The notes: a model not told the origin generated them from the sequence alone. 64,000 nt of DNA from an uncultured Planctomycetales bacterium (GCA_964612665.1 CAZTCI010000005.1:175549-239548); one strand, 5' to 3'. Positions 17,286-27,617 are shown, counted from the first letter of the stretch. Made by a program: numbers and translations.

Positions 17286-18707
17286 TTAACTACTAACCTC
17301 TGTCCTCTGTCCGCTGAGTTTTTCAAATTCAGCCTGTGCCTTGCGGGCGGCGTTGCGGACAATTTCGGGCAACGCGGGATGGATATAAATCATATTGAGA
17401 AGATCATCTAATGTGCCGTCTTTATTCATGAAGGCAATCAGCATGTGGATCATATTGGAAGCTTCGGCCCCGACGATGTGGGCGCCTAAAATTTTTCGAT
17501 CGTGACGGCCGATAAAAATTTTAACAAAGCCATGGTCGGCTAAAAGGGCCATGCCCATGGCGCTTTGTGCATAGTTGTTTAGTCCTACAACATAATCAAC
17601 ACCGTCTGTTTTTAATTCTTCTTCAGTTTTACCAACCGAAGCTACTTGCGGATCCGTAAAAACTGCATGCGGCATCGGCGGATATCGTAAGGGTTTGGGC
17701 ACTTCAAAGCCATCATTAAAAACCGTACGCATTAAATAATCGCCCTCGAAATTAACGCTATGCCGGTAAAGATACCTGCCGAGGCAATCACCTAACGCGT
17801 AAACGTCTTTAACTGTCGTTTCCAAATAATCGTTTACCTTGATAAAACCTTTGTTGTCGGTTTGAATCGATGTGTGTTCCAATCCTAAAAGATCCGTGTT
17901 TGGAACAACACCGGCGGCGATCAAAAGACTATCCGCGCTTAAACGGTTTTCCACAACGCAATTTTGGGCGTTCGCGTAAAAAATTGTAAAGCGATTGTTG
18001 GCGTATTCAATACGCGTGGCCATGACACCACAGTGAACCGTGTGGCGTTTGGAAAAAACGCGGGTGAATTCTTCAGCGACTTGAGCGTCTTCGGCGCGCA
18101 ACAATCCTCGTCGGACTAAAAAGTGAACATCGCATCCTAACGCGCCATAGGCGTGGCCGATTTCAACTGCAATGTAGCCGCCGCCGATAATAATTAATTT
18201 TGAAGGAAGCGTTTCGCGGCGTAAAGCTTCAGTACTCGTCATAAAAGGTGTGCCGATAAGGCCTGAAATATTTGGAATATACGGTCGGGCGCCGACACCA
18301 ATGAAGATTTTATCAGCAGTGATTTCATCTTCACCTACACGGATAATTTTATCAGCAATAAACCTTCCGTGGTCATGATAGAAGGTGATATTGGGATTTT
18401 TATTATAGCCGTTAACGATTTTTTGAGAATCGGCGTCAACGGTGTTAGAAATGCGGTTAATTAATTTGGCGTAATTGATGGAGAAATTAGTTTCGACGGA
18501 AATATCGAAACGGGAGGCTTCTTGGATCTGCCGGGCGACATCCGCTGGATGGATCAGCATTTTAGAAGGGATGCAACCGCGGTTAAGGCATGTCCCGCCC
18601 AGTGCGTCTTTTTCAATGACCGCGACTTTTAAACCCATTTTGGCGCAGGGACTGACGATTTTGGCCCCGCCGCCGGAGCCGATGACGATGACGTCGAATT
18701 TTTTCAT
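17286..18707 (-). CDS. class I pyridine nucleotide-disulfide oxidoreductase, dihydrolipoyl dehydrogenase-like
   Basis: 473 aa. GxGxxG FAD site, redox disulfide GGTCLNRGCIPSK, C-terminal dimerisation HPALPE. Confidence 0.8.
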   Translation of the reverse strand: MKKFDVIVIGSGGGAKIVSPCAKMGLKVAVIEKDALGGTCLNRGCIPSKMLIHPADVARQIQEASRFDISVETNFSINYAKLINRISNTVDADSQKIVNGYNKNPNITFYHDHGRFIADKIIRVGEDEITADKIFIGVGARPYIPNISGLIGTPFMTSTEALRRETLPSKLIIIGGGYIAVEIGHAYGALGCDVHFLVRRGLLRAEDAQVAEEFTRVFSKRHTVHCGVMATRIEYANNRFTIFYANAQNCVVENRLSADSLLIAAGVVPNTDLLGLEHTSIQTDNKGFIKVNDYLETTVKDVYALGDCLGRYLYRHSVNFEGDYLMRTVFNDGFEVPKPLRYPPMPHAVFTDPQVASVGKTEEELKTDGVDYVVGLNNYAQSAMGMALLADHGFVKIFIGRHDRKILGAHIVGAEASNMIHMLIAFMNKDGTLDDLLNMIYIHPALPEIVRNAARKAQAEFEKLSGQRTEVSS

Positions 18708-18797
18708 GCGATTAGAATAAAACAGTTATCGTTGGGGTTCATTGTAGCAAGAAGGGGAGGAAAAACAATTGGGAAATAAAAAACGTACGGAAAGCGC

Positions 18798-18848
18798 CGG
18801 GCGGCCCTGCATTAACGCAGCGTCGCAGGGCCGCCCGCGGTTTTTTTT
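18798..18848. terminator. strong intrinsic terminator (13-bp GC stem CGGGCGGCCCTGC / GCAGGGCCGCCCG plus T8) just downstream of dus
   Basis: Perfect 13-bp stem with a 15-nt loop. TTTTTTTT at 18841-18848 on the plus strand. On the minus strand there is an A-run before and a U-rich tract after, so it can act bidirectionally. Confidence 0.6.
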
Positions 18849-18852
18849 CGTC

Positions 18853-19899
18853 TTAACTTTCAACCGCCGAAAACTGCGCCGCCTGATCCAAAAACTGATG
18901 CAACCGCTCAATCACCTGGTCCAATTCCACCAGCTGCATCAAATCGGAGCGCAGTTTCGCCACATTCGGCAAACCGCGTAAATATCCGGCGTAATGTTTT
19001 CGAAACGACACAACCCCTTCCCAAGGGCCTTTGTACTCGACGGAAAGTTTCAGATGTTCAATGCACAGTTCAATTTTCTGACGCGCACTCGCGCTCACTG
19101 GGAGTTGGTCAGTTTTTAAATAATGTTTGCTTTGTTCAAAGATCCAAGGATTCGCAATTGCGCCCCGGCCGATCATAACGCCGTCACAACCGGTTTCAAA
19201 CATCCGTTTGACATCTTCAGGCGTATTTAAATCCCCGTTACCGATAAGAGGAATCGAAATTACCTTTTTGATTTTTTCAAGCCACGACCAATCCGCGAGC
19301 CCGCGGTGCGCTTGGCTGCGCGTTCGGCAATGAACGGTCAGCGCTTTTGCGCCGGCCTGCTCGACCATCCGCGCGACATCCAAAATCACAATTGATTTTT
19401 CATCCCAGCCCAGACGGGTTTTAACCGTGACGGGAAGTTTGGTTGCGTTCACGGTTGATTTCACAATCGCTTCAAAATGCGGGAGATCTTTAAGAAGTGC
19501 CGCGCCCTCACCACGCGCGACGTGGTTTTTGACCCAGCAGCCGCAGTTAATATCAATGAAATCCGGTTTAAACTGTTCAACCACTTTGGTCGCGCCTTCC
19601 ATGCTGGTTTCAACCCCGCCGAATAATTGGATCGCAATCGGACGTTCCGCTTCGGTGAATTCAATTTTTTTAAGCAGCCGTGGAATTCCGCGGACCAATC
19701 CTTCGCTGCTCGTAAATTCCGTGTAAAGCAAATCCGCGCCCAGGCGCTTGCAGATCAAACGAAATGGGATGTCGCTGACATCTTCCATCGGCGCAAGCGC
19801 AATGGGGTTTTCGATATTGATGGGACCGATTTTCATAAAAAGGGGATAGGGTTTAGCGTTTAGGTGGTTTAGAGTGCATTTAGTTTTATAAGTGGGCAA
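18853..19899 (-). CDS. dus: tRNA-dihydrouridine synthase (DusB-like)
   Basis: 348 aa. N-terminal IALAPMEDVSDIPFR and the FMN-binding TIM-barrel pattern of the Dus family. Confidence 0.85.
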   Translation of the reverse strand: MPTYKTKCTLNHLNAKPYPLFMKIGPINIENPIALAPMEDVSDIPFRLICKRLGADLLYTEFTSSEGLVRGIPRLLKKIEFTEAERPIAIQLFGGVETSMEGATKVVEQFKPDFIDINCGCWVKNHVARGEGAALLKDLPHFEAIVKSTVNATKLPVTVKTRLGWDEKSIVILDVARMVEQAGAKALTVHCRTRSQAHRGLADWSWLEKIKKVISIPLIGNGDLNTPEDVKRMFETGCDGVMIGRGAIANPWIFEQSKHYLKTDQLPVSASARQKIELCIEHLKLSVEYKGPWEGVVSFRKHYAGYLRGLPNVAKLRSDLMQLVELDQVIERLHQFLDQAAQFSAVES

Positions 19900-19959
19900 A
19901 TTATACCTTATTTTTTAAACAAGGCAATATGCATCATTTGAAAAGACCCAATAATAAAA

Positions 19960-19987
19960 TTGACAGCTCCTCGAGGAAAGATATACT
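19960..19987 (+). promoter_or_regulatory. sigma70-like promoter TTGACA-16-TATACT for the gene at 20032
   Basis: TTGACA at 19960-19965 and TATACT at 19982-19987, lying in the divergent dus/20032 intergenic region. Confidence 0.4.
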
Positions 19988-20031
19988 TTGAGGTGTATCC
20001 TTAGATATATAAGCAAAGATTTTATTAATCC

Positions 20032-21336
20032 ATGACCAAATTAATCTGCCAACCTACTGAACCTGCGATTAGCCGCGGCATCAAAACCGTCGGCATCGGA
20101 AAAAAAGGAAGCCAGCCGCTTGATCTTCCTTTAATTCAGGGGCTTATCCAGGATTTGAAAGCAGGGAAAGCTTCCAAAGCGGCGGTGGGCGCATTTTTTG
20201 CCGCATTAGTTTTGAAAGGCATAACCGACGAGGAAAAAGCGTTGGCCGCTGTTTTTTCAAAACCTGAAACTTTAAGCAATCCAATTCTTCTCGTTGAAGC
20301 TTTGACACGGCAAGCGCCGGATTTTGTGAAAGTGATTTGCGTGTGTCTATTAAAAGGAGAAACGCTGGATAAACAAACCGCCTATGCGCTCGGAAAATTT
20401 TTAATGTCAGATCAACCCGGCGACGGCGCCCGCGGCATCGCGGCCAGCGCGCTTCGGGTCCGTTATGAAACCGACGACGAATATCAAGGATTGTTATTAA
20501 GTTTACAAGAAACAATCGAACCTCCGTTTCGCGAATCGGTTCCCTTGGGCCGGGCGGTTATTCAATTGAGTGAACCTTTCGACGGCGTTGATCATTCCTA
20601 TATGATTACCCCACTCATCGCCGATTACCTTCAAAAACAAAATTACCGCGTCGTTAATCTTGTGGGCCGCAACAGCGGTCCCAAATTTGTTTTCAACCTT
20701 TTAGATCTCGCCCAGAATTTAGAAGCGCGTTTTTTAAAAAGAAACCAAGAGCTCGATGCCACTCAGCCTTTAAGCGGATGGTTTATAAATCAAGCTGACC
20801 TTTCCCAGTCGATGGACCGTTGGGTTGATATTCGTCGTCAGACAATTAAACGTCCGTTCTTAGCGACCCTCGAGAAATTTTTAAATCCCGTCAAAGCCGA
20901 TATTCTTATCACCTCAGCTTTCCATCCACCTTACACCGAAAAAATGCTCACCATTGCTGAACGCGCTGGATTTCCTGGAATTGTTATTGTGCGTAACGGC
21001 ATAGAAGGTTCAATGGCGTTTGCTTTAAAACGTCCGGTCAAAATTTCTTGTTCAGCTCGTCAAGAAAACGGCAGTTATATCCGTCATGAATTCGAATTTA
21101 ATGCGGAACAGTATTTGCAGCAGACTATTCCGCTCGAAGAGAAATTAGACAATCCTTTCTTGGAAGAAAACGTGAGGCTCATTCAAACTTTTCAACAACA
21201 AGGCCGCACCGATAATCAACTGTTTGACTGGCGCGTTAAGGCGAGCTGCGCGGGATTGCTTAAAGCGATTATGTGGATTCAACAAACCGCAACCGATCCA
21301 TCGATGCGGACAACGGAGGTTGGATGCTCTGGATAA
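20032..21336 (+). CDS. hypothetical protein with a divergent TrpD/glycosyltransferase-family-3-like fold
   Basis: 434 aa. The N-terminal helical bundle (KAAVGAFFAALVLKGITDEE) and the central region resemble anthranilate phosphoribosyltransferase-like proteins, but the GTGGD motif is absent. Confidence 0.4.
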   Translation: MTKLICQPTEPAISRGIKTVGIGKKGSQPLDLPLIQGLIQDLKAGKASKAAVGAFFAALVLKGITDEEKALAAVFSKPETLSNPILLVEALTRQAPDFVKVICVCLLKGETLDKQTAYALGKFLMSDQPGDGARGIAASALRVRYETDDEYQGLLLSLQETIEPPFRESVPLGRAVIQLSEPFDGVDHSYMITPLIADYLQKQNYRVVNLVGRNSGPKFVFNLLDLAQNLEARFLKRNQELDATQPLSGWFINQADLSQSMDRWVDIRRQTIKRPFLATLEKFLNPVKADILITSAFHPPYTEKMLTIAERAGFPGIVIVRNGIEGSMAFALKRPVKISCSARQENGSYIRHEFEFNAEQYLQQTIPLEEKLDNPFLEENVRLIQTFQQQGRTDNQLFDWRVKASCAGLLKAIMWIQQTATDPSMRTTEVGCSG

Positions 21337-21683
21337 GAATCGGTAGTTTAATGATGTTTTTGGCGATTGCGTTAGGCGCTTTCGGCGCGCACGCTTTAAA
21401 AGCGCGTTTGACTGAATCCGCTCAAGAGATTTATAAAACCGCGGTGCTTTATCATTTCATGGCGGCGATCGGCGTTTTCGTCGTTGCTGGTTTAACGCAG
21501 ATGAGTCAGGACCCAAAAGTTTCGGTTGCCGGAATTTTATTTGTGATTGGCGCTGTGCTTTTTTCGGGAAGTCTTTATTTGCTGGCTATAACCGGTCTCC
21601 GCTGGCTCGGTGCGATTACACCCTTAGGCGGATTGTCATTTCTCGCCGGATGGTTTATGCTTTTGATCAGCCGGTATTATTGA
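21324..21683 (+). CDS. DUF423 family membrane protein
   Basis: ATG 21324 follows GGAGGT. 4 TM protein with LGAFGAHAL and the C-terminal GG..FL.GW motif typical of DUF423 (YgdD-like). Confidence 0.65.
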   Translation: MLWIRIGSLMMFLAIALGAFGAHALKARLTESAQEIYKTAVLYHFMAAIGVFVVAGLTQMSQDPKVSVAGILFVIGAVLFSGSLYLLAITGLRWLGAITPLGGLSFLAGWFMLLISRYY

Positions 21684-21781
21684 TTCATGAGTTTTAATGT
21701 GAAGCATTGGACTGAAACATACTTGCCTAGTAATTAAAAATTCAAATTTAAACCGTATTAACGCAAACAAAGCGAGGGTGT

Positions 21782-22507
21782 ATGAAGCTTAAACAGGGAT
21801 CTGTTGGAACAATTATTATCGGTATTATTTTTATTTTAACAGGCGTCACGTATTTAGATAATATTGTCAACAGCGCGGCACCCATTGATTGGACAAAAAT
21901 CGTCCGGCAACAACTTCACGATTATGATTTAAAGACCCAAACAATTCAGGCGAAAAAAGAAACCGAATGGATTACCGCCGGCGTTTCCGAAAAAGAGAGC
22001 GCGGCGATGGAAGCTGTTTTACAAAAGAAGATTGAGTCGGGAAGAGACATAACTTTTCAAGCGGTTAAAGATGCCCATAATCTTAACAGTCAGTTTTTGC
22101 TTTTGACGCATCCAATACGTCTTTTTGTATTTTTATTTGTAACGATGTGGCTTATGGTCGTGGGCATAGGTTTTTTGATTATCTTTCCCTGGGCACGCTG
22201 GTTTGCTTTTTTAAGCATCATGTTGAATTATGCTTGGGTCACTTACATTTTTTTATATGAACGTAATGTCGAAGCCCTCTTTGCCAAAGCAGGAGCAGAT
22301 GTCAATAAAATATTTGATATCCCGCCTGTCCCGTCACTCGATTGGTATGAAGACCCTCATTTCCTCATGCAGGCCCTGCAGACCTTCATTTTTATAGGTA
22401 TGGTCATGTATTTTATGTCTCCGGCGGGTAAGGAAATCTTTAAAGAAAAACGAGTTTTTGATTTTAATCAAATTATTAAAAACATCGAAGTCAAGCCGGA
22501 ACAATGA
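21782..22507 (+). CDS. hypothetical integral membrane protein
   Basis: 241 aa, 4-5 TM. Stop overlaps the start of the MtaB-like gene (ATGA). Confidence 0.55.
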   Translation: MKLKQGSVGTIIIGIIFILTGVTYLDNIVNSAAPIDWTKIVRQQLHDYDLKTQTIQAKKETEWITAGVSEKESAAMEAVLQKKIESGRDITFQAVKDAHNLNSQFLLLTHPIRLFVFLFVTMWLMVVGIGFLIIFPWARWFAFLSIMLNYAWVTYIFLYERNVEALFAKAGADVNKIFDIPPVPSLDWYEDPHFLMQALQTFIFIGMVMYFMSPAGKEIFKEKRVFDFNQIIKNIEVKPEQ

Positions 22508-23856
22508 AAGAACATTCCAGTTTAAATACAAATTCGGGTAACGGAATACAATCTGATCGCCGCCGTATTTCTTTTTACACGCTCGGTTGCCGACTGAATC
22601 AAAGTGAGACCGCGGTCATTAAACAAACTTTTCAGGCGCGCGGGTACCGGATTGTTGATTTTGATAAACCAGCGGATATCGTCGTGATTAACACTTGTAC
22701 GGTGACTGAAAACGGAGATGCGGACACGCGCCGACTGGTCAATAAAATTAACCGGCTTAACCCTAAAGTGAAAATCGCGCTGGTCGGCTGTCAGGCGCAG
22801 ATTCAAAAAGAAAAATTAACTGAGCTTAATAACGTGCGTTGGGTCGTCGGCAACGCGAAAAAAATGGACTTGGCTGACATTTTGCACGAAAGTTCAATCA
22901 GCCAAAATGAATCTGAATCTCCGCAAATCATTGCTCCGCCGATTCCGCGAACACATTTCACCATGCCTTTGGCCGCCATTGACCGCGACCATACGCGAGC
23001 TAATTTAAAAATTCAAGACGGATGTGATTTCTTTTGTTCGTTTTGTGAAATTCCTTACGCCCGCGGTCGGGCGCGCAGCCGTGAATTTGAAGATATGATT
23101 AAGGAAGCTAAGATCTTGGTTGAAGCGGGACATAAGGAAATAGTTTTAACTGGAATCAATATTGGCACATATGACTTGGCTCAAAAAAAATTACTTGAAG
23201 TTCTCGATGCGCTCGAAAATATCGACGGAATTTTACGTATCCGGATTTCTTCAATCGAACCCACAACTATTCCATCCGAACTATTTAACCGCATGACCGC
23301 AGGTTCAAAGTTGTGCCGGTACCTTCACATTCCATTGCAAAGCGGCGATGACACGATTTTAGAATTGATGAAACGCCGCTACCGCTTTCAAGAATTTAGT
23401 GATTTCGTGAATCGTGTGGCGGCCGAGGTGCCTGAAATTTGCATCGGCACAGATGTCATCGTTGGTTTTCCCGGCGAGACTGATGCGCGGTTCGAAACGA
23501 CTTACAAACGTCTACACGATTTGCCGCTCGCTTATTTTCATGTTTTTAGTTATTCCGAACGCCATTTCGCGCGCAGCCAGCATTTTTCTGATCCTATTAA
23601 ATCAGAAATTATCCAGCGACGCAGCCAAATGTTACGCGACCTAAGCGCCCGCAAACGTCTTTTATTTTTTAACAGCATGTTAGAAAGTGTTCAATCGGTT
23701 CTCTTTGAACAAAAAAAAGACGGTTTATGGAGCGGACTAACGGACAACTACATTCGCGTAGCCGTTGAAAGTTCTGAAAATATGCATAATCAAATAAGAC
23801 CTGTCCGATTAACCGGCATTCATGGTCAATGTATGAAAGGGATTCTCATTAACTGA
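22504..23856 (+). CDS. MiaB-like tRNA methylthiotransferase (MtaB/RimO family, radical SAM)
   Basis: N-terminal MTTase Cys triad (C..C..C around YTLGCRLNQSE...NTCTV) and the radical-SAM motif CDFFCSFC. Confidence 0.85.
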   Translation: MKEHSSLNTNSGNGIQSDRRRISFYTLGCRLNQSETAVIKQTFQARGYRIVDFDKPADIVVINTCTVTENGDADTRRLVNKINRLNPKVKIALVGCQAQIQKEKLTELNNVRWVVGNAKKMDLADILHESSISQNESESPQIIAPPIPRTHFTMPLAAIDRDHTRANLKIQDGCDFFCSFCEIPYARGRARSREFEDMIKEAKILVEAGHKEIVLTGINIGTYDLAQKKLLEVLDALENIDGILRIRISSIEPTTIPSELFNRMTAGSKLCRYLHIPLQSGDDTILELMKRRYRFQEFSDFVNRVAAEVPEICIGTDVIVGFPGETDARFETTYKRLHDLPLAYFHVFSYSERHFARSQHFSDPIKSEIIQRRSQMLRDLSARKRLLFFNSMLESVQSVLFEQKKDGLWSGLTDNYIRVAVESSENMHNQIRPVRLTGIHGQCMKGILIN

Positions 23857-23944
23857 GCCATCGAAAAGGTGTTTTTGTTAGATGGCTCACCCTGAGCGAG
23901 CCCGTTAAGGCGAGTCGAAGGGTTAAAGACGTTTGTTTCTTCGC

Positions 23945-25225
23945 ATGACCAACGCTTCAAAACTCGAAGTCATTCAAAAATTAATTCAAGCCTTAGGTGA
24001 GATTCCTTTTAAAGATATTGAGAAGCTCGAGGCGTTTAAGAGTGAAGCCGACGCTGTTCTAAAAAATTTTGAAGGAGACACTGAGGAATACCGTTATCGT
24101 TTAGGCGCCGCCCGTTTCGCGCCATGGTCAGCGGATGTCAAAGAAACGGAATATGAACGTAATTGGGAATCCGGTGTGGCGGCAATTCTCAGCATTCTGC
24201 GTGAAGTCGCGGCCAACTCGACAATTGTCAGTAAATCTTCTGCAGCTCATCCGACGGATTCTTCCGATAAAGAAGAAAATCTGGACGCTCCTTTAAACGT
24301 TTCTTCCCCGGAGCCAATTCAATCGGCCCCACTTGTAGAAGAACAAAACATAGAACATGATCAAATAGAATCCTCTGTTGAAAAATCTCAAGACTCTTCC
24401 TCGTTAGAAGAATCCGCAACGATTCCTAATCCTGCGGAATCAACCGACAAAACAGTTACGCCGGTTGAAAAGTCAGAGTCTTCCCAGGCAGAACTCTCAG
24501 AACAATCACCACCGCAATCTGCAGGTCTATTTTCAAAACTTAAATCCATTTTTCAAAAAAAAGAACCGGCCACTGTTCAAAAATTTGAGTCGCCTAAACT
24601 TCCTCAAGCAAATCCGCCCGTTGATTCAAACAATAAAGCCTCCGAAGAATTAAATACGCCTTCACCGGAATCATTGGATCCAAAACCGCCTGAATCCGAA
24701 ACCGTAAATGAAACATCGAAAGAAGCGTCTAAGACAGATTTAATGATGGAGGAGGCGCCCGAAACAAAGCTGCCATTACGCAAACAAATTTTAGTTATTC
24801 ATGGTTCCGACGAAGATATGAAAGATAAAGTGGTTGAATTTCTTTCCCAGAATAAATTGGAGGCTGTCTTAGCTCATGACAAAACAAATTACCTCAAACC
24901 TTTGAATCAACTTTTAAGTGAGTATAATGGTATTAGCTACGTGGTGGTATTGTTGTCATTTGATGCATTCAGTTATTTGAAAGACCAGAAAGTCAAAGAT
25001 GCCAAACTTGTGGCTTTGCAAAATGTTGTTTTCGATTTGGGATATATGCTTGGAAAATTTGGCCGCCACAAAGTGTTCGTTCTTTATCAAGAAAAGAAAA
25101 ATTTTGAACTGCCTTCACAATTCTTTGAAGCTCTCTTTATCGTGTATGACAAAAAAGATAAATACCACACTTGGCAAAAAGAATTGTTAAAAACGCTTAC
25201 TGGTCTTTTCTCTTCTCAAGAATAA
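23945..25225 (+). CDS. protein with N-terminal ~90-aa helical domain, ~190-aa S/E/P/K-rich disordered linker and C-terminal TIR-like nucleotide-binding domain (PF10137/COG4271-type), paralog 1
   Basis: C-terminus ILVIHGSDED...YVVVLLSFDAF...ALQNVVFDLGYMLGKFGRHKVFVLY matches my recollection of the TIR-like family core (HG.D...VLLT.DD...RARQNVIFELGYF.GKLGR.RV). First ATG at 23945. The track's TTG at 23933 is an alternative start. Confidence 0.55.
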   Translation: MTNASKLEVIQKLIQALGEIPFKDIEKLEAFKSEADAVLKNFEGDTEEYRYRLGAARFAPWSADVKETEYERNWESGVAAILSILREVAANSTIVSKSSAAHPTDSSDKEENLDAPLNVSSPEPIQSAPLVEEQNIEHDQIESSVEKSQDSSSLEESATIPNPAESTDKTVTPVEKSESSQAELSEQSPPQSAGLFSKLKSIFQKKEPATVQKFESPKLPQANPPVDSNNKASEELNTPSPESLDPKPPESETVNETSKEASKTDLMMEEAPETKLPLRKQILVIHGSDEDMKDKVVEFLSQNKLEAVLAHDKTNYLKPLNQLLSEYNGISYVVVLLSFDAFSYLKDQKVKDAKLVALQNVVFDLGYMLGKFGRHKVFVLYQEKKNFELPSQFFEALFIVYDKKDKYHTWQKELLKTLTGLFSSQE

Positions 25226-25332
25226 GGTTGTTTTAACATTATCAAGGAGAAAAGACCTAGTACTAGACTTTTGCAATGTAAAAGTCAGTAAAGAGCAAGG
25301 ATGTCTTTAACCTTACATAAGGAGCGCTGCTT

Positions 25333-25851
25333 ATGGATAAAGCTGTGACACCGTCGATTACCGTTAGTTTTGACTATAATTTTTGGGAATATATGGATGC
25401 GTGCCGCGTGCACTTTGCTAATAAAGGCGGAAATAAAAAATATGTTTTAGCCGCCGGCGGCGTTTTACTGCTAGGCGTAATTTTATGTGTGGCCTTCGGA
25501 TATTCTTGGTATCGAGCGATATTTATTTACGCTGGCATTCTGATGGAAATTTCCCTCCTGCTTAAATTTTTCCTGAGCGCCAAACGTTATTTTGAAAGCA
25601 ATCCGCGTGCTAAAGAAACACATACGCTCACTTTTTTTGATGAACGGATTCTTTTTAAACTGCAAACCATGACAATTGAACTGAAGTGGACGCAGTATTC
25701 GAGTTTTAGAGAAGATCCTAAATTTTATTTATTGTACTATGGGCCGGAAAGTTTTTTGATTATCCCAAAGCGCGCGTTTAATGCCCAAGACCTTCCACGG
25801 TTTGACCAGCTTTTAAAAAGTAAAATAATTGAAAAGCAGGAAGACGATTGA
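25333..25851 (+). CDS. YcxB-like small membrane protein (2 TM plus C-terminal PH-like domain)
   Basis: 172 aa with two TM helices then ...FYLLYYGPESFLIIPKRAF..., the characteristic YcxB-like tail. TAAGGAG lies before the ATG. Confidence 0.55.
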   Translation: MDKAVTPSITVSFDYNFWEYMDACRVHFANKGGNKKYVLAAGGVLLLGVILCVAFGYSWYRAIFIYAGILMEISLLLKFFLSAKRYFESNPRAKETHTLTFFDERILFKLQTMTIELKWTQYSSFREDPKFYLLYYGPESFLIIPKRAFNAQDLPRFDQLLKSKIIEKQEDD

Positions 25852-27050
25852 TGGCGCCCAAAACGGACACCGAAAAATTCGAAGCGATCCAAAAATTGAT
25901 CGACGCTGCCACTGGTCTGCCTTACCGTGATAAAAAGCAGTTGGATATTTTTCAGAACCATGCGGACGTTGTGTTAACTGAACTTTTTGGGGAAAAAAGC
26001 CATTACCGCCGTGAGTTGGCATCGATTCGTTTTGTGCCGCGTTCGTTTTATTCCAATGAAGAAGATTACCGCGAAAGCTGGCAGACAGGGATTTCAGCGG
26101 TCTTAAAATTTCTTGAAGACCTTAAAAAATCCGAAGGGATCGCTTGGCCGCCTGCTCAATCTATGGTTAATCCTGTTTCATTGCCGCATGATTTAGATTT
26201 ATCTGATGTCCCGCCCAATCCATTTCATACCGATTCGAATCCACCGCCGGAATTGTTTCCAGAAACAAAAAAAAATACTTCGTCTGCAAAAAAAGAACCG
26301 GTTGACTATATCCTGGAAGTCGATTTCGCCCCAGACGGCGATGCTATTAATATCGATGATATGACGCCGGCAAACAGTAAATCTGTTCAAACAGAATCTA
26401 ATGCTTTTATGCCGCCGCCAATGGAAAAAAAACTTCCGGAATTACCGCCCTTAAACGAAGATTCTAAGATCGACAAACTGGAATCAGTCGTTGAGAAAAT
26501 GAAAAACAAAAGGCTGCCTGTAAAAGACCTTGCTGGCGATAGTATGCCTTCGCCGTCAAGGATTTCTGAAAAAGATTTTGCAGATGCGGAATCAACTTAC
26601 CAATCTGTCTATGTCGTTAGCAGCCATGATGAATTATTGGAACAGGAAGTGGTTTCCGTGGGCGAGCGGTTAGGGCTGGATTTGATTGTGGTTAATTTCC
26701 GCAAGGAACCTGAGGCGTCGCTTGATAAACGTTTTGCGTTGTATCCGGCGGTAGGCTTTGCGATCGTAATTATGGGCGCGGATGACCTGGCGCATGCCAA
26801 AGATCAAGGGATGCACGAACCGCGTCTGCGCTGTGCGCAGCACCTTGTTTTCGAATTGGGTTTTCTTTTGGGCAAATTAGGGCGGGAAAGGCTTTTTGTT
26901 TTGTATCCAGACTTTAAAGATTTTGAACTGCCGACGAGTTTCTTTGAACTCATGTATACGCCGTACAAACAAAATGGAAGCTGGCAGTGGGATTTGTTAC
27001 GGCAATTAAAAAAAGCCGGTTACACTGTGGATGCGAATAGGTTATTATAA
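25851..27050 (+). CDS. TIR-like (PF10137-type) domain protein, paralog 2, same tripartite layout
   Basis: The N-terminus is homologous to paralog 1 (EAIQKLIDA...YRRELASIRF). C-terminus VYVVSSHDEL...FAIVIMGADD...CAQHLVFELGFLLGKLGRERLFVLY. Its ATG overlaps the YcxB-like TGA (TGATG). Confidence 0.55.
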   Translation: MAPKTDTEKFEAIQKLIDAATGLPYRDKKQLDIFQNHADVVLTELFGEKSHYRRELASIRFVPRSFYSNEEDYRESWQTGISAVLKFLEDLKKSEGIAWPPAQSMVNPVSLPHDLDLSDVPPNPFHTDSNPPPELFPETKKNTSSAKKEPVDYILEVDFAPDGDAINIDDMTPANSKSVQTESNAFMPPPMEKKLPELPPLNEDSKIDKLESVVEKMKNKRLPVKDLAGDSMPSPSRISEKDFADAESTYQSVYVVSSHDELLEQEVVSVGERLGLDLIVVNFRKEPEASLDKRFALYPAVGFAIVIMGADDLAHAKDQGMHEPRLRCAQHLVFELGFLLGKLGRERLFVLYPDFKDFELPTSFFELMYTPYKQNGSWQWDLLRQLKKAGYTVDANRLL

Positions 27051-27074
27051 ACAAAGTAGCGAGTAGCTACTTTA

Positions 27075-27617
27075 ATGGAGGTGTTGATGCATCAAAGTTT
27101 TTTCAAAAGAATTTTACTTTATGAATTTATTTTGGGTTTTCTGATACAAGCTACCGTTGTAAAAGCTGAACCACCGGCAGAAAAAACAGTTCAGCTTAAT
27201 CTCTGCTCCGACCAAAAATTAGGGTTCAAAATGAAGTGCAATCCGGATTGGAAACTGCAAGCTCAGAATGACAACATGTTTATTATTTTAAGTGAAAGTC
27301 CTAACGAGGTTGTCACAGCCACGATTTCAAAATCGAAAAATGAGGTGAAGAATATTTCAGAATTGACACGTTCTGTCTTGCAGGAGATTGGTCAGTACGA
27401 GAATTTCTTTACAATCACTAAAACAACTGTCGGCACTCAACCCGCGCTCAAAGTCGAAGCCAAATCAAAAGAATTCCCTGAAATCCAACTGTATGATTTT
27501 TACGTCGTGCGCAACAATCATCTTTATTCGATTCTTTTTTCCTGTAAACCTGAAAGCCGTTTTACAGCCTACAAACCGCTTTTCATAAAAATCATTGAAA
27601 GTTTTGAGTTTATTTAA
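27075..27617 (+). CDS. secreted hypothetical protein (Sec signal peptide)
   Basis: 180 aa. N-terminal h-region ILLYEFILGFLIQATVVKA followed by a mature ~150-aa domain. Separated from TIR-like 2 by 24 nt. Confidence 0.55.
   Translation: MEVLMHQSFFKRILLYEFILGFLIQATVVKAEPPAEKTVQLNLCSDQKLGFKMKCNPDWKLQAQNDNMFIILSESPNEVVTATISKSKNEVKNISELTRSVLQEIGQYENFFTITKTTVGTQPALKVEAKSKEFPEIQLYDFYVVRNNHLYSILFSCKPESRFTAYKPLFIKIIESFEFI

Noticed and set aside
18475-18720. 81-aa plus-strand ORF upstream of the 18.8 kb terminator
   Set aside because: It is antisense to the 5' end of the Lpd-like gene. It was considered only because the terminator has a plus-strand T8, which is better explained as bidirectional.
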